A stretch of DNA of 64,000 nt from Octopus vulgaris. Taxonomy: Eukaryota. The stretch is taken from NCBI GenBank assembly GCA_951406725.2, contig OX597820.1:39866001-39930000 (forward strand), read 5' to 3'. The notes below the pieces were generated by a model. The model saw nothing but the letters and a program-made list of their open reading frames with translations, made no database searches and had not been told where the DNA came from. The position numbers were made by a program, and so were the translations under genes. Shown one piece after another: positions 1-11,734 of the stretch (position 1 is its first letter; every line of letters starts with the position of its first letter).

Positions 1-2
1 CA

Positions 3-734
3 AATAGAAACTATCCACAGCCCCTAATAGACAGTGCAATCCAACGGGTACTTAAATTAAGTATAGAAGACCTGAGACAAACAAAACCAAAAAAGAAAGA
101 ACAATTAAAAACCCTTCCCTACATCTCTACACACAACCCACTCAACAATGAGGCCTTCAACACCATACTACAAAGCACAGCCCTACTAAAGGGAGACCCA
201 AAGATGAACCGGATCCTCGAAACACACACCATCATTAAAAGTAAACGGCAACCAAAATCCTTGAAAAGGATTTCAACCCAAGCTACACTGCACTCAACAT
301 CAACCACAAAACCAGCAGTTAGAAAATGTGGAAGGCCCAACTGCGGAATCTGTGTCATCTTGAAAGAAGGATCAGAATTTATACTGGAACAAGGCCACCA
401 GTTCACCATTAGAACAAACTTCACCTGCGCATCAGAAAACTTAATTTACGTCATAACATGCGCAGGCTGCAATAGGCAGTATATAGGCCATACAAAAAAT
501 AGCTTACGTAACAGGATGGCGGTGCATAAATCACAAATTAGAAACCCTGATTACCGCAAAATACCGGTCAGCGGACACATAGATAGATGTGCTGGAAATG
601 TAAATCTGAAATTTACAACTAACCCGCTCTATAAATTCAGTGACAACGCAACCTTCACACAACGCCAAAATAAAGAACTATATTTCATAAAAAAATTTAC
701 ACCAAGTTTAAACACCCTGGGCCAGGAATACTAA
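3..734 (+). mobile_element. Penelope-like retroelement (Neptune-type), 3' part of ORF: RT thumb/linker, Cys motif and GIY-YIG endonuclease; runs off the left edge
   Basis: Frame is open from nt 3 (NRNYPQPLIDSAIQR...LPYISTHNP...KRQPKSLKRI), then the CGRPNCGIC Cys linker and NLIYVITCAGCNRQYIGHTKNSLRNRMAVH GIY-YIG motif, ending E..FIKKFTPSLN. Confidence 0.9.
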
Positions 735-1797
735 AACAAAAGATAAGTCCTCCGAAAAGGAGAACCAAATTTCACCACGGCCGCTACTTCAAACAGACAC
801 TCACTCTGACGAAATATGCCTTAGTAAAAAAGGAAAAAAATTCTTTCGTGCAAATCTGACCCTGATACATACGATACAGCTAAGGGTCAGACCCGATTCT
901 GATTGGTCAACAAGTTGATGACGTCTAGCTCTGCTAGAATGGACAGGATACAAACAGGGGACAGTCATTAGTCAGAATATTGATGACGTCCTTTTCTGCT
1001 TGAATAGTCACCTAACAAGTACAGACAGGGGGCAGATCTAATGTAGCTATAAGTCGTGATTGGGCAGAATCTGGATGACGTGCTCTGCTTGACTAACGAA
1101 GCGACTGGTCAAAACAGGAAACAAACAAGAGGCAGATATAATGCAGCGATTGGTCAAAATAATGATGACGTCCCGTTCTAACTAACGAAGCGACTGGTCA
1201 AAACAGGAAACAAACAAGAGGGAGTTATAATGCAGCGATTGGTCAAAATAATGATGACGTCCCGTTCTACTTGATTAAAGCCACCTAACGAAACGAATGG
1301 TCAAAACATTGATGACGTCACGCTACGCTAGATTGACCACCTAACAGGCATTATAAAACCGAGCATTTCACAAAAACTCACTAGAACCACCCAGCGAACT
1401 TCCACCATGGGTCATCACAATTGCTTAAGGTAAAAATGAATTCCTCGCTCTTTCGGAAACATCAATCTTCTGTATTGACCGCTTTCCACCACTTTGATCT
1501 GTTTTTTGTATTGAATACGTATCGCCACCGTGGGCCACTGCATCGAACACTTTGAACATATACTTCAAACTATATATCAACTATACATGAACTATATATC
1601 AACTATACATGAACTCTAAGATGTCTGACTCCGTTGTGTATTATAAATGAATTTCTTGTGTTTGACGGCATGAGCTGTCTTTTTTTTATATATAACTTTT
1701 TTTGATAAGGTTCATTTCAGGAACTGAAACATGTTATAATGTATATATAAAAATAAAAAATTGTATAATACAGCAGCATTTTCGAACTTCATTTTTT

Positions 1798-1800
<3 letters not shown>
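735..1800 (+). mobile_element. 3' UTR / pseudo-LTR of the Penelope-like element
   Basis: Follows the GIY-YIG stop and contains internal tandem repeats, promoter motifs, an HHR-like motif (~1702-1736) and AATAAA (~1752), ending at a (TA)n tract. Confidence 0.65.
901..1431 (+). promoter_or_regulatory. Putative Pol II promoter in the PLE pLTR: 6x ATTGG-N12-TGACGT, TATA box, Inr, Kozak ATG, splice donor
   Basis: ATTGG or a variant at 902, 967, 1059, 1149, 1238 and 1296, each 12 nt before TGACGT; TATAAAA 1352-1358; TCA 1378-1380; CCACCATGG with ATG at 1407; AAG|GTAAAA at 1429/1430. Confidence 0.6.
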
Positions 1801-1871
<71 letters not shown>

Positions 1872-1873
1872 CG

Positions 1874-2731
1874 CAGGTTGTGGCGAATATTTTGTCGTCT
1901 AAATTACGCAAAAATGAAAATAACAATCTCATTTTAACAGATATATTTAGCAAAATTCCATAAAACTATCTTGAAATACTAACCAGTAAATGCATTCAAT
2001 AACATCGCCACTGGCTTCAACTACCACCTACAGGCGATCTCAGAATCTCCTGCAACTCATCAGGACGGTATCCTTGTTTAAATAGGTGAACGCTACCATA
2101 ATCCTTGCCTTCAGTTCATCCTTGGTGTTACAAGGAGTTTTGTTGGTCTCTCACTCAACTGCACCCCACACATAATAATCAAAAGGGTTGCAATCTGGGA
2201 AGTTAGTTGTCCAGATGTTACAGGTGATACGCTCACAGAAATTGTCTGGCAGACATGAACGGGTTCTCTTGCTGCCAAATATTGGGTCTTCCAGCAGGCA
2301 CCCTCTTGACCCAGAGCAGCCCTACATCCTCTAGGAACGTGATGTAGGCTTTGTATTGAGTATGAGGTCGTGCTGGAAGACGAATGGAAGCATCATATCG
2401 CTATCACTAGTGATCACCTCAAATACCATGATGTTGACTGGATGTTTGAGTTCTATCACTCTCGGTACATAGTTTGTTGACACGGCAAGCGAGCGGTTAT
2501 TCTGTGTGTTCACCATCTGTTCGTATTGGAGCTTCCGTCACAAATACTAAGCTGTACTAGATATCGTTTCCAAATTTCTGGCACTGCGAATTGCGTCATG
2601 ATACTGTTTTTCTCACAGAGGATGCCCAACTGACCATACTATATTGTGTAATCGACGAAATCAAAAATTAACAATGAGCCTGAACGAAATTTAAAAATAT
2701 AAAATGGTGACAATTTACCCATCGCACACTG
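1874..2731 (-). mobile_element. Degenerate, internally deleted maT/DD37D-like (IS630-Tc1-mariner) transposon
   Basis: Minus-strand peptides NTQNNRSLAV...KHPVNIMVFEVITSDSD and NIWTTNFPDCNPFDYYVWGAVE (WPPNSPDxNPLDY motif); imperfect TIRs; TA at the right end. Confidence 0.8.
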
Positions 2732-2963
2732 TATCTAAATGTATGTATTTGTATACACACACACATATACATATATATACACATATATATACCTACACAT
2801 ATGTACGTACATATATGAATATGTACAACATATATACATATGTGTATATAAATATATATGAATATATATATATATATATATACATATACTTAAGTACTTA
2901 CAATATATATACATATATATACATATACTTCAGTACTTACAATATATATACATATACATATAC

Positions 2964-3024
<61 letters not shown>

Positions 3025-3614
3025 CGCACAGGTATACACATTTATATATAAATGTGTGTGTTTGTGTTTCAGCACCAAAATTATTGAATTCGGATAAGGG
3101 ATAAATAGACAGTTGATAGATAGATATAGACAGAGATAGAAACAGAGAGAGAGAGAGTGAGAGAGAGAGAGAGAGAGAGTGAGAGAGAGTGAGAGAGTGG
3201 GAGAGACAGAGAGAATCAGCGAGAGTGAAACTATTGACTGGCCAAGATGTGTAATCTATAATGTCAATATACATCGTTTATAGAAATAAGCACAGAAATC
3301 AACGCCGATATCATTGGATTAGCGTTAGAAAGGAAGCATTTTGCTCTCAACTAAACCCCTAGATAAGCTACCTGTGATGTGCTGGATTTGTACTGAATGA
3401 CTTTCACTCTAATTCCTGAACCACTTAATCGATTGCAGAGATATCCACTATCTATATGTGGCGATTCATGAAACTAGAATAACCCAGCTACGGTTAATGA
3501 TATCTTGCAAAGCACACTTGAATATAACGATGAAACCTTTATGTAATCACATGCAGCTACTCCAATTACGTACGCACGCACATACACGTGTATATATGTA
3601 TGTATACACACATG

Positions 3615-3654
<40 letters not shown>

Positions 3655-3822
3655 AGGCACAAGGCCCGAAATTTTAGGGGAGGGAACAGTCGATTAGATC
3701 GGCCTCAGTACGCCACTGGTACTTAATTTATCCACCTCGAATGGATGGAAGGCAAAGTCGACCTCGGTGGAATTTGAACTCAGTATGTAAAGACGTGCTA
3801 AAGATTCTGCTAGCTCACCGCC
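3655..3822 (-). mobile_element. tRNA-derived SINE, family A (GGCGGYGAGCTGGCAGAA head; GCCTTTCATCCTTTCGGGGTCGATAAA central domain)
   Basis: Homologous to copies at 13741, 18980, 19200, 20370, 31658, 34466, 39143, 43525, 45274 and 54370; B-box-like GAGTTCAAATTCC. Confidence 0.8.
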
Positions 3823-3836
3823 TTTATGTTTATGTT

Positions 3837-3896
<60 letters not shown>

Positions 3897-3912
3897 AATA
3901 TATATAATAATA

Positions 3913-4066
3913 CTAGCACTCTGACCCTGGGGAAATGTAAAGATGTGCGCGACCACTCTTGGACGGTTTTAAATGATCATAGAAAATGCGAGCCCTCTAA
4001 TTGAAAAATTGTGGATTTGTATAAAGGACTCACACAAAGACATTTTGCCGTTTATATATAGAGAGA
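3913..4066 (-). mobile_element. Short non-autonomous Helitron-like element
   Basis: On the minus strand it starts TCTCTCTATATATAAACGGC and ends GTGCTAG, inserted between A and T with no TSD (5'-TC...CTAG-3' rule). Confidence 0.5.
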
Positions 4067-4074
4067 TTCTTTTA

Positions 4075-4270
4075 TCCTTATAATTGTTTCAGTCATTTCA
4101 CTGCGGCCATGCTGGAGCGCCGGCTTAAAGGGTGCTGGTCGAAGAAATCGCCTCTAGGACTTATTCTTTGTGAGCCTAGTACTTATTCTATCGGTCTCTA
4201 TTGCCGAACCGCTACGTTACGGGGAGGTAGACACACCAACATCGGTTGTCAAGCGATGGTTGTGGGAACA
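4075..4270 (-). mobile_element. SINE family B, 3' half
   Basis: Matches the CGCTTGACAACCGATG...CTCCAGCATGGCCGCAG...TGACTGAAACA tail of the full copy at 5958-6356. Confidence 0.75.
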
Positions 4271-4350
4271 AGCACAGACATACGATAGAAATATATACAT
4301 ATATACATACACCTATATATATATATATGTATATATATATGTATATATGT

Positions 4351-4509
4351 CAAATATTCTATAATTATATATATAATTATAATCAGGGGGCAGCTAAGTA
4401 TTCTTATGGTAGTTGAAATGACATTAGCGTCTATTTCTAATTCAGTAAGTGGTGAGGCTCTTAGCTGACCCCTGATTATAATTATGTATATAATTATAGA
4501 ACATTTTGT
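4351..4509. repeat. Inverted repeat (~49-bp arms, ~60-bp spacer)
   Basis: CAAATATTCTATAATTATATATATAATTATAATCAGGGGGCAGCTAAG versus the reverse complement of 4460-4509. Confidence 0.85.
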
Positions 4510-4589
4510 ATAATTCACCTAAGATAGGCTTTTTAACGTACTAACTACTTAGTAAAATTAATAATTATTAATTACTAATTAATTAATTT

Positions 4590-4642
<53 letters not shown>

Positions 4643-4644
<2 letters not shown>

Positions 4645-4953
4645 ACCGTGATCACCGTGACCGACCAGGCTATCAGATGTTGCAACACATCGCTGGTCAC
4701 AATGCGCTTCGCATTGTTTTAGCCTTCAAATGAGGTCACCCTGCTGGCTAAGCAAGCAGGCCAACAGAAGAAAGAGTGAGAGAAAGTTGTGGCGAAAGAG
4801 TACAACAGGGATCGCCACCATCTCCTGCTACAGCCTCGTGGAACTTTAGGTGTTAATCGCTCAATAAACACTCACAACGCCCAGTTTGGGAATCGAAACC
4901 GCGATCCTACGACCGCGACTCCGCTGCCCTAACCACTGGGCCATTGCGCCTCC
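4643..4953 (-). mobile_element. tRNA-derived SINE, family C (GGAGGCGCAATGGCCCAGTGG head, CACGGTGAT-repeat tail)
   Basis: A box TGGCCCAGTGG, B box GGTTTCGATTCC; second copy at 44547-44844. Confidence 0.85.
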
Positions 4954-4987
4954 ACAGACACACACACACACACACATATATATACAA

Positions 4988-5145
4988 GGGGCTTCTTCCA
5001 GTTTCCGTCTACAAAATCCACTCACAAGGCTTTGGTGGGCCCGAATCTATAGCAGAGGACATTTGCCCAAGTTGCTACGAACTGGGACTGAACCTCGAAC
5101 CATGTGGTTGGTATGCAAGGTATTTACTTCTCAGCCACTCCTGCG

Positions 5146-5148
<3 letters not shown>
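4988..5148 (-). mobile_element. SINE family B, 5' half
   Basis: GGCGCAGGAGTGGCTG head, GGTTCAGTCCC B box, CTTGGGCAA CORE-like motif. Confidence 0.75.
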
Positions 5149-5188
<40 letters not shown>

Positions 5189-5562
5189 ATGTAAATATAT
5201 AAGTGCATATACATACATATATGCATATATATTGTGTGTGGGGGGGCGTGTTTAGACGACTATTTGTTTAGACAGTCAACTTGAATGAGCTTTAAAACAT
5301 TTCTTGTTTAGTTGGTCACACATTGCAACAGCTGGTCTGGGAAGAATTCAAGTACGTAAATATCAATTAATATATGTAAAGAGCTGAAGCAAGATTGGTT
5401 AAATATATGAAAACCCTGCAAAAATAACATTGGTTGATATGATTTCTAGTCCTTTAAATTACCCGTGCATGCGTAAATGTGGAACTGTATTCCAATATGT
5501 TATTATGAATATGTACACTGTAAAATGTGTATGCTTCTATTTATATGTATGTGCATATATGC

Positions 5563-5623
<61 letters not shown>

Positions 5624-5624
5624 T

Positions 5625-5815
5625 AGTTAATCCAAACAAGAAAACACAGAAAAAAAGAGAAAAAAAAACACAGCAACGCAGGACTTGGAACAATTAAAGT
5701 ATTATTGACGTTCAGGAAAGAAGGGGAAGAGGGCTTAACGTTTCGAGCGGAGCTCTTCGTCGGAAACAAGGAGAAGGAAAGATCCCAAGAAGGGAAGACA
5801 GAGGAAAAAATATAT
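5625..5815 (-). mobile_element. PLE pLTR fragment with HHR-like motif
   Basis: Minus strand CCGACGAA-GAGC-tcc-GCTC-GAAA-CG-TT-AAG; related to 13445-13485. Confidence 0.55.
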
Positions 5816-5864
5816 ATGAGCTGGTGGTGCTCAAGAGATCACATGTTGAAAGAACAGAAGTTAC

Positions 5865-5927
<63 letters not shown>

Positions 5928-5957
5928 TGTGTGTGTGTGTATGTAGTGTGTGTGTAT

Positions 5958-6356
5958 CAGGAGTGGCCGTGTGGTATGAAGCTTGCTTCCCAACCACATA
6001 GTTCCGGAATCAGTCCCACTGCGTGGCAACTTGGGTCTTCTACTACAGCCTCGGGCAGACTAAAGCCTTGTGAGTGGATTTGGTGGACAGAAAGTGAGAG
6101 AAGCCCGTCATACATATATATGTATGAATGCATGTATGTATGCATGTATGTATGTGTATATGTATGTACATATTTGTGTGTCTGTCTGTGTTTGTCCTCC
6201 CACTATCGTTTGACAACCGATGTTGGTGTGTTTACGTCCCCGTGATATAGCGGTTCGGCAAAAGGAACCAATAGAATAAGTACTGGGGTCGATTCATTTG
6301 TCTAAAGGCGGTGCTCCAGTATGGCTGCAGTCAAATGACTGAAAGAAGTAAAAGAA
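5958..6356 (+). mobile_element. SINE family B, full length with internal microsatellite
   Basis: tRNA-like head, body, (TGTA)n spacer and tail ending TGACTGAAAGAAGTAAAAGA. Confidence 0.85.
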
Positions 6357-7014
6357 TTAGAGTGTATGAATATACATAAATATATATATACACAAACACA
6401 CACGCACATATATACCGCCTACGTACATTCACACACACACATACTCACGTATATATATATATATATATATATTTAACGTTGACGTAAGAAGAATTTTATA
6501 AACTGCGAGAGAATGTGAAATAATTCTTTAGAACATTTTTTGGTAGAAAAATTTGATAGCTTCGAATTTTTCTAACTGAATGCGTTTTATATCGCTATAT
6601 TTACATAATATCATGTTAACACTATGTTTGTGCTTCGACACATTTAAAAGAAAAAGCAGAATATATGTGTAAATGTACGTAGGAGACATATGAACATGCC
6701 AAATTGGTCTGACCGAATTATCAAAAAAATGATGAACTGTCATAATCGATCTTCAACCCTTACTAAAGTCTGATCAGGGGTGTGCACATCACTAGTAATT
6801 TTTATTGAGGTGAGCCTAGGTTACACATGAACGGACACATACATGTGTGTGTATGTGTGTGGAAGTGTATACACACACATATTTATATACATGTATGTAT
6901 ATATATGTGTGTGCATGTGTGTGTATGTATTTCTCAGGGTATGCTTGTCTTTTTGCCACTGTTATATATATGTACACATATACATACACACATGCACACA
7001 CACACATATATATA

Positions 7015-7057
<43 letters not shown>

Positions 7058-7555
7058 CCACATATATATATATACATACATACATGCGTTCATACATACC
7101 TACATACCTTAATGTAGAAAATGACAGCAGTCTTCTGGTATGCGAACAGATGTTAGTGTTCGAGTCAAAATTTTAACTACAAAAGAAGGATGGTATAGAT
7201 TTTGCTCTTTAGAAATTATGCTTCATCTAGATGATACAACCCTCGTGGCAAGACGAACATATTCATAAATTCTAATTAAAGAATTATCGTCAAATAAATT
7301 CTCAAGACAAAATAGAAATGATTAGGCGACACTCTTTCTTTATAAATTTAATTATTGAAAAGAAATATATCAGTAATTCACTAAAAAGGAGAAAGAAGAA
7401 AAAAAAATGCTCTCAACAACAACAAAAACTACAGGAAGAATCGACTAACCTTACGGCTGTTGAATAAAAGTATTGAGTATGAAAAGACAATAATGATGGT
7501 GACGATGATGATGACGATGATGATGATGATGAAAATAATAATAATAATAATAATG

Positions 7556-7610
<55 letters not shown>

Positions 7611-7843
7611 TAAATGATAAATCATAAGAAATCGTAAGAAAATGAATAGCTGTAAAGAAAGACGGAATTTAACAATAGAATTTTAAAAATCAATAATTTC
7701 GTTCAACGGCAAGATAAGTTTGAAGAAAAAGAAATTTACATAGCTTCCAAGAAAAAAAAAAAAGGTGCAAGTATACACATACACATGCATTCATACATGC
7801 ATACATAGACTTACAAAGATGCGTGTGCGTGCGCGCACACACT

Positions 7844-7895
<52 letters not shown>

Positions 7896-8042
7896 CATCT
7901 ATATATTTGCATGTATATATATGTATGTGTATGTGTATATATAACTATATATATATATTTATATGTACACGTACAGTTATTAGTTATAAATTCCGAATAC
8001 GCACATACGTATCTGTAATTCTACAGGCATGTACGTGTGTGA

Positions 8043-8085
<43 letters not shown>

Positions 8086-10219
8086 ATTATATGTATATAT
8101 ACCTGTGTGTGAGTGATGTATGTGTGTATGTAAGTATGTTTGGATATTGGTGTGCTTATATTGTTGTATGTATATAAAAGAGACAATAACTACTACGTTG
8201 TACCATTTGATAGAACAGCCTGCAAGAAGGTCTCAGAGTCATGTCCAGTCTCCTCGAGCATCGAAAATTCGATCGAGATTTGTTCTTATTGGTGTGTGCA
8301 TATAAAAACACATACAAATGGTTGCACGTGTGTGTGCGTGTGTCTCTATAAATATGTGTTTGTGTGTGTGTGCGTGAGGTTTATTTTGTAGAATATCATG
8401 GGTATTCGATTCACTTTTGGAGCTAAAATGAGTATATATAAACCGTTTTTTTTTTCTTCTGTATCTACATATGTGTATGTTTATGCCAAACATGTGTAGA
8501 TGAATATATATATGTAACCGTGTGTATATTTAAATATGCATAAGAGTGTATGCCTGTGTGTACTCGCGCTCGCATGTGTTTCTGTGCGTGTTTCTGTTTG
8601 AGAATATAAAAGAAGCCAGCATTATAAGAATTCTGTATGAAGGCATGTCTCTGAGCTGAACAAGTTCGAATCGCAAATACGTAGTTTTCTGTGCTATCAC
8701 ATTGTGCGTGAAATTGTTCAAACGTTCTGTAGCCTATCCGCAAGTCGTCGACCTAAACGTTATGTTTCAATTGGCTAAATCGAATTCAAAATCGATTTAT
8801 TAACGTTTCTCATTCTTTTAACTAGATGGAGTAATTGTCTCAACGTTGAAATGTATCTCTGTTGGACTTCTCTATAAATATTTCGATGGTCCTTTTTCTG
8901 ATGAACTTCCTGATCAATTTCCCCCTGTCAAGTCCTTTAAATATATCACCCCATCCTCTTTCCAAGTGTATCGCTTTTCTAATAACATCTTTGTCCGAGT
9001 TGCTGTTCTCTGTAATTCATTACCGTTGTAATGTTTTCCTCAGGACTATGACATCCGTTACTTTAATCTTTCTGTCAATCATTAGTAAACAGAATGAAGT
9101 ACTGTGACGTTTGATTCCGATATGTATTTCTTTAGTATTTACTATTCCAACGGGGTATGAATATATAAATTGCTCATATCTTTCTGAGTCCACTTTTCCG
9201 AACTCAAGAAATAGATGACGCAACAACGGGTTTCTCATGTGTTAAATCTCAATACTAGAAACAGCAGCTAACTTTTCGTCAAACTACCCCCTACCGTTTT
9301 AAGTATGTCAGCAACACTGAATAACGTAAACCGAGATAGTCTATATCTGTGAGGAAATATAAGATGGCTACAGCTTTACTTTATTCTTTCTTGAAGGGCT
9401 CTTGAGTTTGGATAGACCTGATGGCGATACAACAAAACTAATAACTTTAAGAAGAGTTTATTAAATATAAATCTTGACATGTTTATAAATACTCTGTTTA
9501 GCGAAAAGCTGATCTCCTACTGTACAAAAACACATTGAATATTTCATTCAATCAACATCACTTTTTCATATTTGAAAGTGGTCTAATACACACATACACA
9601 CACATGCGCGTGCGTATCTATACGTGTATTTATATAAACGAGTCTGCAAACTTGTGACCTCAGAGTGGTACGATTTACTGCAGGGAACAAGAAAAACTCC
9701 GCATCGTTGAAATCCATTACAAATAGAGAAACATGATTAATGAATAACATACACGTATTTATTTATTTGTTTATTTATTTATTTAAGACAGTGAATTAGC
9801 AGTGTCATTAGGGCGTTAGATTGACTTATTTGGTTCTCTGCGCTATGAGTTCAAATACCACTGAAATCAAAGAGAATTTTCATTATTTCGTGGTCGATAA
9901 ATAAAGTTTTAATCATGTGCGGAAGTCATTTGCTCTGTCTTTCTTTTTCTATCAGTCTCCTCTTGAAGAAATCAGACACGATTATCTTAAATAGTGCACA
10001 CGACTCGCCATATATCTCGGTAGGTCACTTATGAATTCATTAGGACTACAGGGGAAGGCATGTTATTTAAATGAAGATTTTATATGACCCTTGTTACCTT
10101 TTATCAACTACATTCTCATATTCTGTTATTCTTTGTACTGGTCTCAGTAATTAGATTGCTACCGCACAACATGGGCTGTAGTTAGTCATTATAAATCCCA
10201 GCATCATTTTAGCCTAATA

Positions 10220-10358
10220 CTATATGTATGTACATGTAGTTAAGAAAAACATGTAGTTCAAATTACAAAAGACGAAGACAGATGCAGGAACAACAAGCAG
10301 GTGTAATAGTTTAAGGCTCGGTTGAAAATGGAGACGTCTAATATGTTTCGAGCCTACG

Positions 10359-10361
<3 letters not shown>
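10220..10361 (-). mobile_element. PLE pLTR 3' fragment
   Basis: Reverse complement AGCGTAGGCTCGAAAC...CTGTCTTCGTCTTTTG matches 13459-13551. Confidence 0.7.
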
Positions 10362-10447
<86 letters not shown>

Positions 10448-10642
10448 TATATAAAAGAACATTTAATATAGACAGCCGTGTGCAATGTGGTGCTAAAAAG
10501 GAAAAGTGTAATTGTCACAAAATAAGTCTAGAGTGTTAGAACACCTGCATTTCTAGAAATTAGAGTTAAAACGCTATAATGCTGTAGTTAAAGCATATAA
10601 CTGTATACATATGTTCAGACAGGGATATACATATATATCTTT

Positions 10643-10693
<51 letters not shown>

Positions 10694-10705
10694 GAAACTG
10701 ACTTG

Positions 10706-10767
10706 AAAATCGGAAATCCACCTGAAGATTGTCGATCAAGACATGAAACAATTGTAGTGGCGGTTTT
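10706..10767 (+). ncRNA. Type I minimal hammerhead ribozyme motif
   Basis: CCAC (10718-21), CUGAAGA, stem II UGUC/GACA, GAAA, palindromic stem III CAAUUG, UA, GUGG (10757-60); stem I extends via AAAAUCG/CGGUUUU. Confidence 0.75.
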
Positions 10768-10942
10768 TTTTACTTTTTATTAAAATTTTATGTATTGATT
10801 AAGTCTTTCCTTGTTTGTTTTGCAAAATAGTGGTTTTGTCTCTAATTAATATTATATATATATATATATATATGGCATTACAGCTTACCACGTGGGGATA
10901 ATCGAAATTCCTCCCTTTGTGTTACTATATATATATATATAA

Positions 10943-11720
10943 AGGAACATTGGCGCACAGCAGTGTTAAATTATGAGCAGAATTTACGTTAGTTGAAATA
11001 TGTTTGTCACATATTTCAAATGCTAAAAATGCACTGCAGTTAACGTGGAGAAAAATCTCTCTTATGGTAAAAAGGTGTGAAGAAACCCAGTTTGTTCAGT
11101 GTCAACCTCTCTTACGAATCCCAGACATCGTTGTTCCAAGTTTTTTGACTCTTGCCAATGAGGCAAATCTGAACGAACTTAAAACTGTAGGTTTATATAT
11201 AATTCAGTCAACCCGTTGACTGATTTGCGCTAGTAGGTCGCCCGATCGAGGCAAATAACGAAGCATTAGCGCAAAGCAGTGTTTAGGTATGGGCGGAATT
11301 TAGGTAAGTTGAAATATGTTTGTCACATATTTCAACTGCTAAAATGTAAATACACTGCAGTTAGGGCAGAGAAAAATCTCTCATATGGTAAAAAGTGTTC
11401 AGTGTCACCCTCTGTTACGAATCCCAGACATCGATGTTTCGAGTTTTTAAAACATTTGTCAATGAGATATATCTATGAGAGGCAACTCCACGAATTTACT
11501 TAATCTGTAGCTTTATATATAATTGAGTCAATACGTTGACTGATTTGCACTCGTAGATCGCCCTATCAAGGTAAATAACGGAGCATTGGCACAAAACAGC
11601 GTTCAGCTATGAGCAGAATTTAGGTTAGCTGAAATATGTTTATCACATATTTCAACTGCTAGAAGGCAGATACACTGGAGTTACCGTGGAGAAAATGTCT
11701 TGAACTAACCTAAATTCTAC
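10943..11720. repeat. ~318-bp tandem repeat, about 2.4 units, each with a strong hairpin
   Basis: AGTTGAAATATGT-N5-ACATATTTCAA(CT) at 10991, 11307 and 11627 (periods 316 and 320). Confidence 0.85.
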
Positions 11721-11734
11721 CTTGTAGCATTTGC

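Noticed and set aside
805-850. CTGACGA as an HHR core
   Set aside because: No compatible stem II, GAAA and stem I arrangement follows.
1092-1269. CRISPR-like repeat-spacer pattern
   Set aside because: It is an 89-bp tandem duplication in a eukaryotic retroelement UTR, without unique spacers or cas genes.
8800-9240. Coding-like minus-strand stretch (similar ones at 23450-23950, 52600-53330, 55800-56110)
   Set aside because: Interrupted by stops with no motif I can identify; probably ancient TE relics, which would need BLASTX or HMM searches.
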